NCBI GenBank assembly: GCA_963771075.1
Contig: CAVYSE010000003.1
Location: 64,001 to 128,000, forward strand
From: a candidate division FCPU426 bacterium
GTDB lineage: Bacteria > Oederibacteriota > Muellerivitia > Muellerivitales > Muellerivitaceae
Length of the DNA: 64,000 nt
Direction: 5' to 3'
Positions within the stretch are counted from its first letter, which is position 1; each line of letters opens with the position of its first letter. Under the pieces are notes generated by a model that was not told where the DNA came from, made no database searches, and worked only from the letters and a program-made list of their open reading frames with translations. Shown here piece by piece: positions 11,871 through 22,038 of this stretch. A program made the translations under genes and the position numbers.

Positions 11871-12836
11871 TTATGCTTTCCATATCAATTCATTCCAAAG
11901 CTGGGAAGATAAACTCATTCTTTGGAGACATTCCAAAAAATCGATTGGGGGAGGCGTCGTAAAAACTTGCACCTCACCTGAAATGGGATGTTTGAGAGTC
12001 AATTTGAAAGCATGGAGCATTTGCCGGGGGGCCAATCCCGAATCCTCTCCATAGACCGCATCCCCAAGAATGGGATGCTTGATAAATTCCATATGAACCC
12101 GGATTTGATGGGTTCGGCCCGTCTCGAGTTTTAGGTAAATTAGGCTTGCTTTCTCATTCGCATTCAGGGTTTTGAAATGGGTGATGGCGGGTTTCCCCGT
12201 TTCGGCCCGCACCGCCATGCGGTTTCGAGCCGAAGGATGCCGGCCGATTGGAGCCTCCACCCTTCCTTTTTCATTCAAAGACCCTTTGACGATTCCCAAA
12301 TATTCACGGCTAAGTTTTCTTCCTGCCAGTTGCCGGACCAGGCTTCGGTAGGCCTTATCCGTCTTGGCGACCACCAATAGCCCGGAAGTGTCCTTATCGA
12401 TCCGGTGAACTAGCCCCGGCCTCTGAACTCCCCCGATTCCAATAATATCCGGACAGTGTGCCACCAAAGCATTTAAAAGGGTTCTGTCCGGGTTCCCCGC
12501 CCCGGGATGCACGACCAACCCGGCTGGTTTGTTGATCACCAGGATGTCGTCATCCTCAAAAAGAATTTCCAGTTGAATCGCTTGGGCCGGAATATCGGTG
12601 GAAGTTGGAGGGGGAATCATCACGTGGAATTTTTGCCCTTCTTCCACTTGTAAACTCGGCTTAATTTCTTTTAATGGAAACTCAGCTGACACCTGTCCAT
12701 CTTCGATGAGGCCGCGAATGCGAGTGCGAGAAAGATCAGTCAATTGGGCGGCCAGGAAAACATCCAGGCGCCAACCTTTTTGGGCAGCCTTCACGACCGC
12801 TATGATTTCTTGGGGTTCATGGGCAGGAGAGATCAT
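11871..12836 (-). CDS. rluD: RluA-family 23S rRNA pseudouridine synthase
   Basis: S4 domain (RLDVFLA..SRTRI), NKPAGLVVHP, HRIDKDTSG, LETGRTHQIRVH, PILGD, QMLHA. Confidence 0.93.
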   Translation of the reverse strand: MISPAHEPQEIIAVVKAAQKGWRLDVFLAAQLTDLSRTRIRGLIEDGQVSAEFPLKEIKPSLQVEEGQKFHVMIPPPTSTDIPAQAIQLEILFEDDDILVINKPAGLVVHPGAGNPDRTLLNALVAHCPDIIGIGGVQRPGLVHRIDKDTSGLLVVAKTDKAYRSLVRQLAGRKLSREYLGIVKGSLNEKGRVEAPIGRHPSARNRMAVRAETGKPAITHFKTLNANEKASLIYLKLETGRTHQIRVHMEFIKHPILGDAVYGEDSGLAPRQMLHAFKLTLKHPISGEVQVFTTPPPIDFLECLQRMSLSSQLWNELIWKA

Positions 12837-12850
12837 GGAAGCAGGATAAC

Positions 12851-13684
12851 CTATTTCGACCGCAGTTGAACGTTTTTGGGGCGATGGCACCAGACACTCC
12901 ATACGATCACGGCCAAGGAAACCGCGATCAGAAGACCGCTGACGGCCTGGGACGCGGAATTAAAAAAGATGAGATAGCGTTTATCCCAGTCCCTGCGCCA
13001 AAACTCAATGACGAGACGCAAAATTCCATAAGTGAACCCGTAAAGGGATAGGCCCAACCAGGGATAACGGATGGTCCAACGACGTGCCCCAAGAAGTAAA
13101 AAGAAAAGGATCATGTCCCCGGCCAATTCCCAAAGCTGGGTGGGAAGATGCGGCAGATTGTCTTCTCCTCCTGGAAAAACCAGCCCATATTTGTTACTGA
13201 CCACCCCATAACAACATCCATTGAGAAAGCATCCCATCCGACCAATGGCTTGCCCGAGGGAAATATAAGGCGCCACCAAATCAAAAGAAAATGCCATCGG
13301 CCATTTCTCGTGCTGGAACCAAACCAGGGCCGCGATGACCGCCCCGAAAAGGCCGCCGTAATAGACCAATCCACCCTGCCAAATATAGAAAGCTTCCCAC
13401 CACTTTGCCGTGAACTCCTGATGGTTCTCCAAGACGAAAAAAAGTCTCGCGCCAACCAAGGAAGCGAAAATAACGCCAACCGCAAGATCAAATACTTTTT
13501 GAAACACCAACTCTGGATTTAATTTTACCTTGCCCGCGAGATTCCTTTTAGCGTCGTAGGCAAAGAGGGTGATGCTGATTCCCAAGGCCAAGGCCAGGCA
13601 TAGGCCATAGGAATAGAAATGGAGGGGACCCCAAACATGGCCCGCAAACGAGAAAGGGCCTAAAGAAAGAAGAATGGGATACAC
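12851..13684 (-). CDS. lgt: Prolipoprotein diacylglyceryl transferase
   Basis: GARLFFV, WQGGLVYYGG, GQAIGRMGCFLNGCCYG, PTQLWE, RLVIEFWR; GTG start after AGGAGG. Confidence 0.93.
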   Translation of the reverse strand: MYPILLSLGPFSFAGHVWGPLHFYSYGLCLALALGISITLFAYDAKRNLAGKVKLNPELVFQKVFDLAVGVIFASLVGARLFFVLENHQEFTAKWWEAFYIWQGGLVYYGGLFGAVIAALVWFQHEKWPMAFSFDLVAPYISLGQAIGRMGCFLNGCCYGVVSNKYGLVFPGGEDNLPHLPTQLWELAGDMILFFLLLGARRWTIRYPWLGLSLYGFTYGILRLVIEFWRRDWDKRYLIFFNSASQAVSGLLIAVSLAVIVWSVWCHRPKNVQLRSK

Positions 13685-13692
13685 AACGCCTC

Positions 13693-14265
13693 CTAGGTCG
13701 GGTCGCTTTTTGAATCGGAAAAATAGGCAAGGAATATCAAAATAATTCCCACCGTAATACAGGAATCGGCGAGATTGAAAATCCACGGGAACTTAACAAT
13801 GATACCCGGACCGGCAAGTTCAAATAACCATGGAAATTTCGTTGTGAAGTATGAATTGACATAATTTAAAATCCACGGAATTTTCAACGTAAAAAAGTGG
13901 ACTCTTTCAAAATCAATAAAATCCACCACTTCCCTTCGAAAAATCCGGTCCGCGAAATTGCCCATGGCCCCGCCCCAAATCAGTCCCAGGGCGAACCTTA
14001 AGACGTTTTTTTCCTTGGGAACAAAGCGTTGATAGGCATAGACCACGAAACCCGCGCCTAGGGTGATCAGGATAAAAAAGGGGATTCGCACCCAAACCCC
14101 CAGATGGGAAAAGAAACCAAAAGCGGCGCCCGGATTATGGATATAGGTCAGGTAAAGCACCCGGGGAACGACAGGAATCGATTGGTCTGGAACGCAAAAG
14201 CGCGACACCAGGAATTTCGAGAGCTGGTCCAGGATCAAGACCCAGAGTGAAACCTTTCGAATCAT
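13693..14265 (-). CDS. lspA: Signal peptidase II, copy 2, with internal insertion
   Basis: DQLSK, NPGAAFG, GAMGNFADR, VVDFID, FNLADS. Confidence 0.92.
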   Translation of the reverse strand: MIRKVSLWVLILDQLSKFLVSRFCVPDQSIPVVPRVLYLTYIHNPGAAFGFFSHLGVWVRIPFFILITLGAGFVVYAYQRFVPKEKNVLRFALGLIWGGAMGNFADRIFRREVVDFIDFERVHFFTLKIPWILNYVNSYFTTKFPWLFELAGPGIIVKFPWIFNLADSCITVGIILIFLAYFSDSKSDPT

Positions 14266-14744
14266 CCCGGTTCCGCCGCTTTCTCCTTTTGGCCCCTTAA
14301 ATAAACCGTAAGGAGGATCAACAAACCGATCAGGACGCAGGAATCGGCGATATTAAATACATACCACTGGAAATCTTCCCAACGTAAATCGATGAAATCA
14401 ATCACCCTGCCGTAAAGAAGCCGGTCTAAGAAGTTGCCCAACACCCCCCCCAGCACCAGGCCCAAACCCACCCGGGGAAGGTTCTTGTCGGGAGGTAAAA
14501 AATGTTGATAGGTATAAACGATGGCGAATGCGGCCAAGGTCGCGGCCACGAAAAAAGGGATCCTCACAATCGGCTCCATTTGGGCCATAAAACCGAAAGC
14601 CGCGCCGGGATTCTGCTTGTAGGTCAAAAAAACCGTGTTGAACAAAAGGGGTATCGACTCGTTCAATTGAAGCTGATGCAAAACCAGGAACTTGCTTGTT
14701 TGATCAAGCGCCAAGACAAGCATGGCGATACCCAGGAGGATCAT
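14262..14744 (-). CDS. lspA: Signal peptidase II, copy 1
   Basis: DQTSK, NPGAAFG, GNFLDR, VIDFID, FNIADS; ATG overlaps the ileS stop (ATGA). Confidence 0.93.
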   Translation of the reverse strand: MILLGIAMLVLALDQTSKFLVLHQLQLNESIPLLFNTVFLTYKQNPGAAFGFMAQMEPIVRIPFFVAATLAAFAIVYTYQHFLPPDKNLPRVGLGLVLGGVLGNFLDRLLYGRVIDFIDLRWEDFQWYVFNIADSCVLIGLLILLTVYLRGQKEKAAEPG

Positions 14745-17593
14745 GCCTTCCCACCTCCCCGGGTGGTTGGCCATTCGCGTACCCGAGGTCCGCAACGATG
14801 GCAAATATCCGAAGTTACTTTGTCCATCTGCTCAACCGGGTAATAGTTCCAACAGCGTGCGCACTTTTGTCCGTTAAATTTGCGGGAAACAGTTTTAATT
14901 TTCAATTCCGAATCTTCCGCTTCCTGTGCATCCACCGGCGGGTTCCCATCCTTAAGGTTCACGGAGGAAACGAGGAAGTAATAACGCAATTGGTCCTGGT
15001 GCTTTAACAAGGATTTCCCGACTTTTTCATTGCCTACATAAAGATCGACTTCCGCTTCCAAGGAGCTTCCGATGACCTTCGCTTGCCGAAGGCCTTCCAG
15101 GGATTTCGAAACGGCCCTTTTCACCGCCAGAATCCATTCCCATTCCTGCTCAAAAACCGGGTCCACCTGGGAGTCCACCGAAGACCACCGGGAATCAAAC
15201 ACGCTTTTTTCCTTGTTTACGCGAAACTTTTCCGGCAAGGCCTGCCAAATTTCCTCCGCGGTGAAGGAAAGGATGGGCGCCACAGCGACGACAAAATGTT
15301 TCAAAATGTCGTAAAGAACAGTCTGGGAGGCCCGGCGGTCCTTGGAATCGGTCGCGTAAGTATAGAGCCGATCCTTCAGGATATCGAAATACCCCGCGCT
15401 CAAGTCCACGGAGAAAAACCGGTCCACCTGGTGGAATACCCTCGTGAACTGATATTGCCGGTAGGCATCCTCAATCCCCGCCAGCGTTTTTCGGGCTTCC
15501 ATCCATGCCCATCGGTCTAGGGCGGTCAATTCCTTTTCACCCACTCGGTGAAGGACCGGATCAAAATCCGAGAGATTTCCCAGGATGAACCGGAAAGTGT
15601 TGCGGATACGGCGGTAGGCTTCCGACATGCGGGTCAACATCACCTCACTGATGGATACATCTTCGGTGTAATCCTCCGAAGCCACCCAAAGACGCAAAAT
15701 GTCCGCGCCGTATTTTTTCACCATTTCTGTCGGATCGATCACGTTGCCCGCACTCTTGTGCATTGCCTTGCCCTGGGCGTCCAAAACCCAGCCATGGGTT
15801 AAGACTCCGGTAAAGGGTGCTTTCCCTTTCAGGGCGACCCCGGTCCAAAGGGCATGTTGAAACCATCCCCGGTGCTGGTCGCTTCCTTCTAAATATAGGA
15901 CATATCTATTTTCTTGCGGGCCGACAGCCTTCAACTCATCCCTTTGGTCCAAGACGGCAAAGTGAGAATTCCCGGATTCGAACCAAACATCCAAAATGTC
16001 TTCTTCTTTAATAAATTGAGTGGACCCACAATGACACTTATGGTCTGGGGGTAGAAGATCCGACGCCTGATGTTGGAACCATCCGTCGATTCCCTCTTTT
16101 TGAACCAGCGAGACAACGTTTTCAAGCACCGTTGGATTTCCCACCACCTCGCCGCAAGACTGGCAATAAATGGCCGTAATGGGCACACCCCAAGCCCTTT
16201 GCCTGGAAATGCACCAGTCCGTTCTCCCCTCGACCATGTTTCGCATGCGGTCTTTGCCCCAGGTAGGTATCCATTGCACATTCTCGATTTCCGCTAGGCA
16301 TCTTTTCCGCAAGTCTTTGTTGTCCAATTCGATAAACCATTGGGCGGTGGCCCTGAAAATGATGGGATTTTTCGACCGCCAACAATGGGGATAGCTGTGT
16401 TTCAGTTTCTCAACGGAAAGCAGTAGCCCCAATTCCTTGAGTTTCTCGACGATTTTCGGGTTGGCGTCCCAAACCGAAACGCCCTCCATTTCCTTGAAAC
16501 GGGAGTCATAGCGCCCCGCCTCATCCACCGGCGAGTAAACTTCCAAATGATATTGAAGGCCGATCTCGTAGTCTTCCCGTCCATGTCCGGGGGCGGTGTG
16601 AACCAAACCCGTTCCCGTGTCGGCGGTGACGTGGGGCCCGACCATGACCAAAGAATTCTTGTCGAGAAAAGGGTGCCGTGCCAGAGCTCCGTCCAGGGCC
16701 CGCCCCTTCACCTCATCCACGATCTTGATGTGGGAAGCGTTCCAACCGCAAGCTGCGGCCACTTGGGACAGCAAGACCTTGGCTAGGATGTAATTGTTGT
16801 CCCCAACCTGGACCGTCACATAGTCAAAATCCGGGTGGACGGAAATGCCCAGGTTCGCGGGCAAAGTCCATGGGGTAGTCGTCCATATAAGAAAGAAAAG
16901 GTTTTTCCGGGGAGTATTGGGGAAAACACCGCTGGGTAGGTCCTTGACCGGGAAAGCCACTGTGACCGACAGGGACTCATGGTCGGCGTATTCCACCTCG
17001 GCTTCCGCCAGGGCTGATTTGCAAACTGGACACCAATGGATCGGCCTCAGGCGCCGGGTGACATAGCCTTCCGAAATCAATTGGGTTAGGGCCCGAACCA
17101 GGGAAAGCTCATAAGCGGGGTCCATGGTCGAATAGGGTTTGTCAAAATCGCCCAATATCCCTAATCGTTTAAACTCCTCCTTTTGGCGTGCCAGGAATTT
17201 ATCGGCGTATTTCCGGCATTCCTTGCGGATCTCAATTTTTGACATCGTCTTGGCCCTGGAACCTAATTGCTCGACCACCTTGTGCTCAATGGGCATGCCA
17301 TGGCAGTCCCAACCCGGCACATAAGGCGTTTGTTCTCCCCGAAGGGCGTGAAACTTGACAATGATATCTTTAAGAATCTTGTTGAGGGCATGACCCATGT
17401 GGATATCCCCATTTGCGAAAGGAGGGCCATCATGAAGTATGTATTGGGTGGTGGAACCGGCGGACTGGGTTCGGCCTTGATAAAAACCAAAATTTTCCCA
17501 CAGTTTCAAGCGTTCGGGTTCGGTCTGGGGAAGGTTAGCCTTCATGGGAAAGTCAGTCTGGGTGATGTTGAGGGTGTGTTTGAAATCGGCCAT
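14741..17593 (-). CDS. ileS: Isoleucine--tRNA ligase (type 1)
   Basis: HDGPPFANG.IHMGH, PGWDCHG, WTTTPWT, WCISRQR, EGSDQHRGWF, AMHKS, C-terminal CARCW..CHRC zinc finger. Confidence 0.98.
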   Translation of the reverse strand: MADFKHTLNITQTDFPMKANLPQTEPERLKLWENFGFYQGRTQSAGSTTQYILHDGPPFANGDIHMGHALNKILKDIIVKFHALRGEQTPYVPGWDCHGMPIEHKVVEQLGSRAKTMSKIEIRKECRKYADKFLARQKEEFKRLGILGDFDKPYSTMDPAYELSLVRALTQLISEGYVTRRLRPIHWCPVCKSALAEAEVEYADHESLSVTVAFPVKDLPSGVFPNTPRKNLFFLIWTTTPWTLPANLGISVHPDFDYVTVQVGDNNYILAKVLLSQVAAACGWNASHIKIVDEVKGRALDGALARHPFLDKNSLVMVGPHVTADTGTGLVHTAPGHGREDYEIGLQYHLEVYSPVDEAGRYDSRFKEMEGVSVWDANPKIVEKLKELGLLLSVEKLKHSYPHCWRSKNPIIFRATAQWFIELDNKDLRKRCLAEIENVQWIPTWGKDRMRNMVEGRTDWCISRQRAWGVPITAIYCQSCGEVVGNPTVLENVVSLVQKEGIDGWFQHQASDLLPPDHKCHCGSTQFIKEEDILDVWFESGNSHFAVLDQRDELKAVGPQENRYVLYLEGSDQHRGWFQHALWTGVALKGKAPFTGVLTHGWVLDAQGKAMHKSAGNVIDPTEMVKKYGADILRLWVASEDYTEDVSISEVMLTRMSEAYRRIRNTFRFILGNLSDFDPVLHRVGEKELTALDRWAWMEARKTLAGIEDAYRQYQFTRVFHQVDRFFSVDLSAGYFDILKDRLYTYATDSKDRRASQTVLYDILKHFVVAVAPILSFTAEEIWQALPEKFRVNKEKSVFDSRWSSVDSQVDPVFEQEWEWILAVKRAVSKSLEGLRQAKVIGSSLEAEVDLYVGNEKVGKSLLKHQDQLRYYFLVSSVNLKDGNPPVDAQEAEDSELKIKTVSRKFNGQKCARCWNYYPVEQMDKVTSDICHRCGPRVREWPTTRGGGKA

Positions 17594-17719
17594 TTTTATT
17601 CCAAATAAGTGATTTTGAAGAGGGAGAGCTTAACAAAAAGGCCTGAAAATGTTGAGAGGAAATTTCTTGGTATCCAGCGGGGTGGGTTTGGGCCGGTGAG
17701 CCACACGGCTGGAAAAAAC

Positions 17720-19000
17720 TTACGAACGGGATTCGCGAGGGACTCGCAGGATACTGTTGTCGCCTCCCTGGCCGTCATGGATCCTCTCTGAGCTCTTCGG
17801 ATCGGAAATCCACTCCACATCCTCCAACACAAACTTGTAATGGTAGGTTCCCGGGTTCAAGGACATGATGAAACGGAATGAACCGTCAGGCTGGCGTACC
17901 ATGAGGTCTTCATCCTTGTCCCAATTGTTGAAATCCCCGACCAGTGCCACGCGGTTCACCGGCCGGTAAGGATGGTAGGTAATAGTCACGTTGCTCGGCG
18001 GGCTATAAGACTCGACCCGGTTACGCCCCTTGGATTTGGCCGAGTAAAGGCTTTCGTCGGCGGTCTTGATCAGGGATTCCTCGTTGGAAGCGTCCACAGG
18101 AAAGGTCGCCACCCCGGCCGAAAGGGTAACCCGGCCTAATGGCTGGGATTCCATGTGGTCAAAAGGGGTCGTCTCGATCCGGCTACGGATCCGTTCCGCC
18201 AATTCGGAGGCCCTTTTGCGGCTCGTCTCCGGCAGGATCAGCACAAATTCCTCGCCCCCGTACCGGGCCACCACATCCACCTCCCGGGCCTCGTCCTCCA
18301 AAATCTGCGCCACTTTTTTCAACACCTCGTTGCCGGCCGGATGGCCGTTGGCGTCGTTATAGATCTTGAAATGATCCAGGTCAAAGATAACCAGGGAGAG
18401 TAGACGGTGATATCTGTCGGCGCGGACCCTCTCTTCCTTCAGCCTTTCCAGGAAGTACCCGAAGTTATAGAGCCCGGTCAAACGATCCGTAATGGCCATT
18501 TGTCTTGTCCGTTCATAGAGCAAGGCGTACTCGATGGCCAGAACGTCTTGGCCCAGGCTCTCCGAATCCCCACCCTGCCGCATGGCCCCATCAAAGAAAA
18601 CCAAGCCCAAACGGTTCAAGAGCAGGGTGACCTGCTCCAGCTTTTCGACCGTTCCCGACTCGGCGGGGCTTTCCCCCGCCGATACCTCGCTGGACAATTC
18701 CCTCAGGCTGTCCCGCAAAAGGAATAGTAAAAAAACCATGTCCGTCCCGGATAAACGGTTCACCGCCTGCAAGGTCTTGAGGTTTTGAACGATAGGTTTA
18801 AGGACCGCGTCAACGGCTTGTTCGGCGCTACCCTTTTTATCGACGATAGCGACCAGGTTGCGAAGAAGATCCCGTACCGCCCCAAAAACGGGAGTCTCGG
18901 TTCCCATCAAAGACAAACGCCCCGCCAAAGCCTCCCGGGTCATCTGCCAGTGGGCCCGAAGGCTTTCCATCCGGGTATCCAAAAATAGATTTAAGTTCAT
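17720..19000 (-). CDS. Diguanylate cyclase: RsbRD_N-like N-terminus + GGDEF + C-terminal CBM48/AMPK-beta-like glycogen-binding domain
   Basis: DRLTGLYN, DLDHFK.YND..GH..GN, I-site REVD, GGEEF; C-terminal VALVGDFNNW..M...L.PGTYHYKFV...WISDP...DGQGGDNSIL. Confidence 0.9.
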   Translation of the reverse strand: MNLNLFLDTRMESLRAHWQMTREALAGRLSLMGTETPVFGAVRDLLRNLVAIVDKKGSAEQAVDAVLKPIVQNLKTLQAVNRLSGTDMVFLLFLLRDSLRELSSEVSAGESPAESGTVEKLEQVTLLLNRLGLVFFDGAMRQGGDSESLGQDVLAIEYALLYERTRQMAITDRLTGLYNFGYFLERLKEERVRADRYHRLLSLVIFDLDHFKIYNDANGHPAGNEVLKKVAQILEDEAREVDVVARYGGEEFVLILPETSRKRASELAERIRSRIETTPFDHMESQPLGRVTLSAGVATFPVDASNEESLIKTADESLYSAKSKGRNRVESYSPPSNVTITYHPYRPVNRVALVGDFNNWDKDEDLMVRQPDGSFRFIMSLNPGTYHYKFVLEDVEWISDPKSSERIHDGQGGDNSILRVPRESRS

Positions 19001-19058
19001 GGGTTCGTTCTTCCGTTTCCTATGGGAAATTTAAATGGGATGGAGGTCAAGGGCGGGG

Positions 19059-20576
19059 TCAGGGCTTCATCAAGGATTCGTATAAAACCATGTATTTTTT
19101 GGCGGTCGAATCCCAGGAAAAATCCTGCCGCATGTCCCTTTCCACCAGATCCGCCCAAAGCTTGGACTGGTGGTAGGCCTCCAAGGCCCGCCGTAGGGCG
19201 CCTAAGAACTCATCCCGCCGGGTATTCTCAAAGACAAAGCCCGTGCCCCGCAGGCCATCGGGCGAGAGATTCTCCACCGTGTCCGAAAGGCCGCCCGTTT
19301 TCCGGACCACCGGCACAGTGCCGTATTTCATGGCGATGATCTGGCCCGACCCGGAAGGTTCGAACCGGGAGGGCATGAGAAAAAGATCGCTACCGGCGAA
19401 AATGAGCTTGGCCAGCCGGTGGTCGTATTTCAGGTTCACGGCGAGTTTCTTCGGGTACCGGCCATGCCATTCCTGTAGCAAGTCGTGGTAACGGCTCTCG
19501 CCGGTTCCCATTACGACGAATTGGGCGTCCATTTCCACGAGATCTCCCATTGTTTCCGCGATCAAATCAAACCCTTTCAGGTCATTGAGGCGGGTGAGGA
19601 GGCTTACCACCGGAGTGTGGGGCTTGAACTCAAGGTCCTGTTCCTTCGTCAGTTTGCGTTTGGACTCGACCTTATGGCTGTGGTTTTTCATGGTGTATTG
19701 CGCTGGGATTTCCTTGTCGGAGGCCGGGTTCCATTCCGCGTAATCGACCCCGCTGAGGATCCCATGCAAGTCCATGGATCGGGTTTGAATTACCCCTTGC
19801 AGGCCGTGCCCCTCCTCATCCGTTTGAATCTGCTTTGCGTAGGTGGGAGAAACAGTGCTCACGGCCTCGGAATACACGAGACCGGCCTTGAGATAATTCA
19901 CTTGGTCGTAAAATTCCAGGCGTTCCGCGCGGAACTCCTCCCAGGGAAGCCCGGTCATGGGCAAAACATATTTCGGAAACAATCCCTGGTAAGCCATGTT
20001 ATGAACGCTAAAAAGTGTTTTAATCGGGGTATAAATCGGTTTCTCCCGGTAAAGGGTTTTCAAATAAGCCGCCACCAAGCTGGTCTGCCAATCGTTCAAA
20101 TGGATGATATGCGGAATCCAATTGACTGCCTTGAGCATTTCCAGGACCGCCCTGGAAAAGAAGGCAAACCGTTCGGCGTTGTCGAGATAATCGCCATCCG
20201 GGGTTCCGTAGAAACCGTCCCGGTCAAAATAACGGTCGTTCTTGATGAAATAAGCCATGCCGTGGGACTCGGTGAAATGGGTCGACAGGATATCGGCCTG
20301 CATATCCCCCATTCCCATGGGCACCGGAAGTCCCCGGGCCTCCAACTTGAAATCATACTTTTCATAAGAGACGGCGCGATAAAAAGGGAGAACGACTCTT
20401 ACATCGCAGCCCAGCTTTAATAGGGCGGCGGGGAGAAAATGGGAAACATCGGCCAATCCCCCGGTTTTCATGAAAGGGGACGCCTCGGAGCTGACAAAAA
20501 GCACCCTCATTTGGGAGGAACTGGTGGTTTTCGCCGAATGGGAAAAGGACTGTTGGATTCGATCAAAAATCGACAT
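19059..20576 (-). CDS. glgA: Glycogen synthase (GT5)
   Basis: KTGGLADV, DNAERFAFF, IHLNDWQT, HNMAYQG, MPSRFEP, TGGLSDTV, DFSW. Confidence 0.95.
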   Translation of the reverse strand: MSIFDRIQQSFSHSAKTTSSSQMRVLFVSSEASPFMKTGGLADVSHFLPAALLKLGCDVRVVLPFYRAVSYEKYDFKLEARGLPVPMGMGDMQADILSTHFTESHGMAYFIKNDRYFDRDGFYGTPDGDYLDNAERFAFFSRAVLEMLKAVNWIPHIIHLNDWQTSLVAAYLKTLYREKPIYTPIKTLFSVHNMAYQGLFPKYVLPMTGLPWEEFRAERLEFYDQVNYLKAGLVYSEAVSTVSPTYAKQIQTDEEGHGLQGVIQTRSMDLHGILSGVDYAEWNPASDKEIPAQYTMKNHSHKVESKRKLTKEQDLEFKPHTPVVSLLTRLNDLKGFDLIAETMGDLVEMDAQFVVMGTGESRYHDLLQEWHGRYPKKLAVNLKYDHRLAKLIFAGSDLFLMPSRFEPSGSGQIIAMKYGTVPVVRKTGGLSDTVENLSPDGLRGTGFVFENTRRDEFLGALRRALEAYHQSKLWADLVERDMRQDFSWDSTAKKYMVLYESLMKP

Positions 20577-20787
20577 AGACGCCTTTATTCGCTTTAAATT
20601 AAACGGAATTTATCAGGGATTGTGGCCGTCAAATTTTTGGCATTATAGGTTTCGCGGCAGGGAGGGTCAAGGAAAGCCCCAAACGTTCGTTGAATACAGC
20701 CTACTTTCGACAGGCATCAATCCTGACACAATATTATCTCAATGAAACCCGCTGAGTGGACCCCAGTTCATTCCCACCATGGATATC

Positions 20788-20821
20788 AAGGAAGGGCTAA
20801 AAAGGTTTTCAGCCCTTTCTT
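20788..20821 (-). terminator. Stem-loop downstream of glgM
   Basis: aaggaagggct-aaaaaggttttc-agccctttctt inverted repeat. Confidence 0.45.
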
Positions 20822-20844
20822 AATTAAAACAAGCAACCCCAACA

Positions 20845-21999
20845 CTATTTTTTAGGCACACCGGATACAAGGGACGCGTACAAGTCTCTGGTCTTCTCGG
20901 CGATGGAAGTCCAGCTGAAATATTTCTCCACCCTTTTGCGCCCGTTTTCCCCGTAACGTTGGGCCATGGCCGGATCTTTTAACAGCTTCTTAACGGCCTC
21001 TGCGATCTCGGTAGGTTTGCCAGGCGTGACCAGATACCCCGTCTCATCCGGCACCACCACTTCCAGGATGCCCCCCACGGCCGAAGCGACAACCGGGGTT
21101 CGGCAGGCCATGGCTTCAAGGTTGATGATTCCGAAAGGCTCGTAGATCGAGGGGCAAATGAAAACCCGGGCGGAGCTGTACAATTGGATGACTTCCTCTT
21201 CCTTGAGCATCTTGCGGATCCAAAGGATGTTCTTCTTCGTGCTGGCTTTTTTCGTCATCAGTTCCTCATATTCCTTGGTATCCCCTCCGCCAGCGCATAA
21301 CACGACCTGGCAGGGAATCTGATCCGCGGCGTCGATCAAGTGCTCGATTCCCTTTTGCGGGGTCGTGCGGCCGACATAAAGAACGAAATCATCCTGGATC
21401 CCGTATTCTTTCTTCAAGGAATCGCTCAAGGACGTCTTCACGTATTTATTCAGGTCGATCCCATTATGGATGATCGCGACCTTGTCTTCCGGAACCTTGA
21501 AATGTTTGAGGATATCGGCCTTCATGTCCTTGGAAACGGCCACGATCTTGTCGGCCGATTCGATGGATATCCGCTCGATCCAGGAACTCAACTGGTATCC
21601 CCCCGCCCCCAATTGCTGGTCTTTCCAGGGACGCAGCGGCTCCAGGCTGTGGCAGGTGAGGACGAAGGGCACCTGATAAAGAATCTTGGCCAGGAGACCG
21701 GCGAAGTGGGCATACCAGGTATGGGTGTGGATCACATCCGAATCAAAATCGTCGGAGAGGGACGCCATATTGACCGACATCGTTTCCAATACGGACGAGA
21801 ATTTCTGCTTGTCTTTGAGGTATTCCCAGGGTTTGTAACCCTTGGCGCGGCGGCGGGCCTCCCGCTCGTCCTGTTCGCCGAAACATCGGACATCCACATC
21901 CATTATTTTCATCAACTCTTGGGATAGATATTTGATGTGGATGCCCGCCCCTCCGTAAATGTGCGGCGGATATTCCTTGGTAACCAGGGTAACTTTCAT
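20845..21999 (-). CDS. glgM: GT4 alpha-maltose-1-phosphate synthase (actinobacterial GlgA/GlgM type)
   Basis: TKEYPPHIYGGAG.H, HTHTWYA, HSLEPLRPWK.QLG.GY.LSSW.E, CPSIYEPFGIINLEAMAC. Confidence 0.9.
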   Translation of the reverse strand: MKVTLVTKEYPPHIYGGAGIHIKYLSQELMKIMDVDVRCFGEQDEREARRRAKGYKPWEYLKDKQKFSSVLETMSVNMASLSDDFDSDVIHTHTWYAHFAGLLAKILYQVPFVLTCHSLEPLRPWKDQQLGAGGYQLSSWIERISIESADKIVAVSKDMKADILKHFKVPEDKVAIIHNGIDLNKYVKTSLSDSLKKEYGIQDDFVLYVGRTTPQKGIEHLIDAADQIPCQVVLCAGGGDTKEYEELMTKKASTKKNILWIRKMLKEEEVIQLYSSARVFICPSIYEPFGIINLEAMACRTPVVASAVGGILEVVVPDETGYLVTPGKPTEIAEAVKKLLKDPAMAQRYGENGRKRVEKYFSWTSIAEKTRDLYASLVSGVPKK

Positions 22000-22038
22000 T
22001 CTTTCTTCTCCTTGAGGAATTGGGTCAGCGATCCGGGT

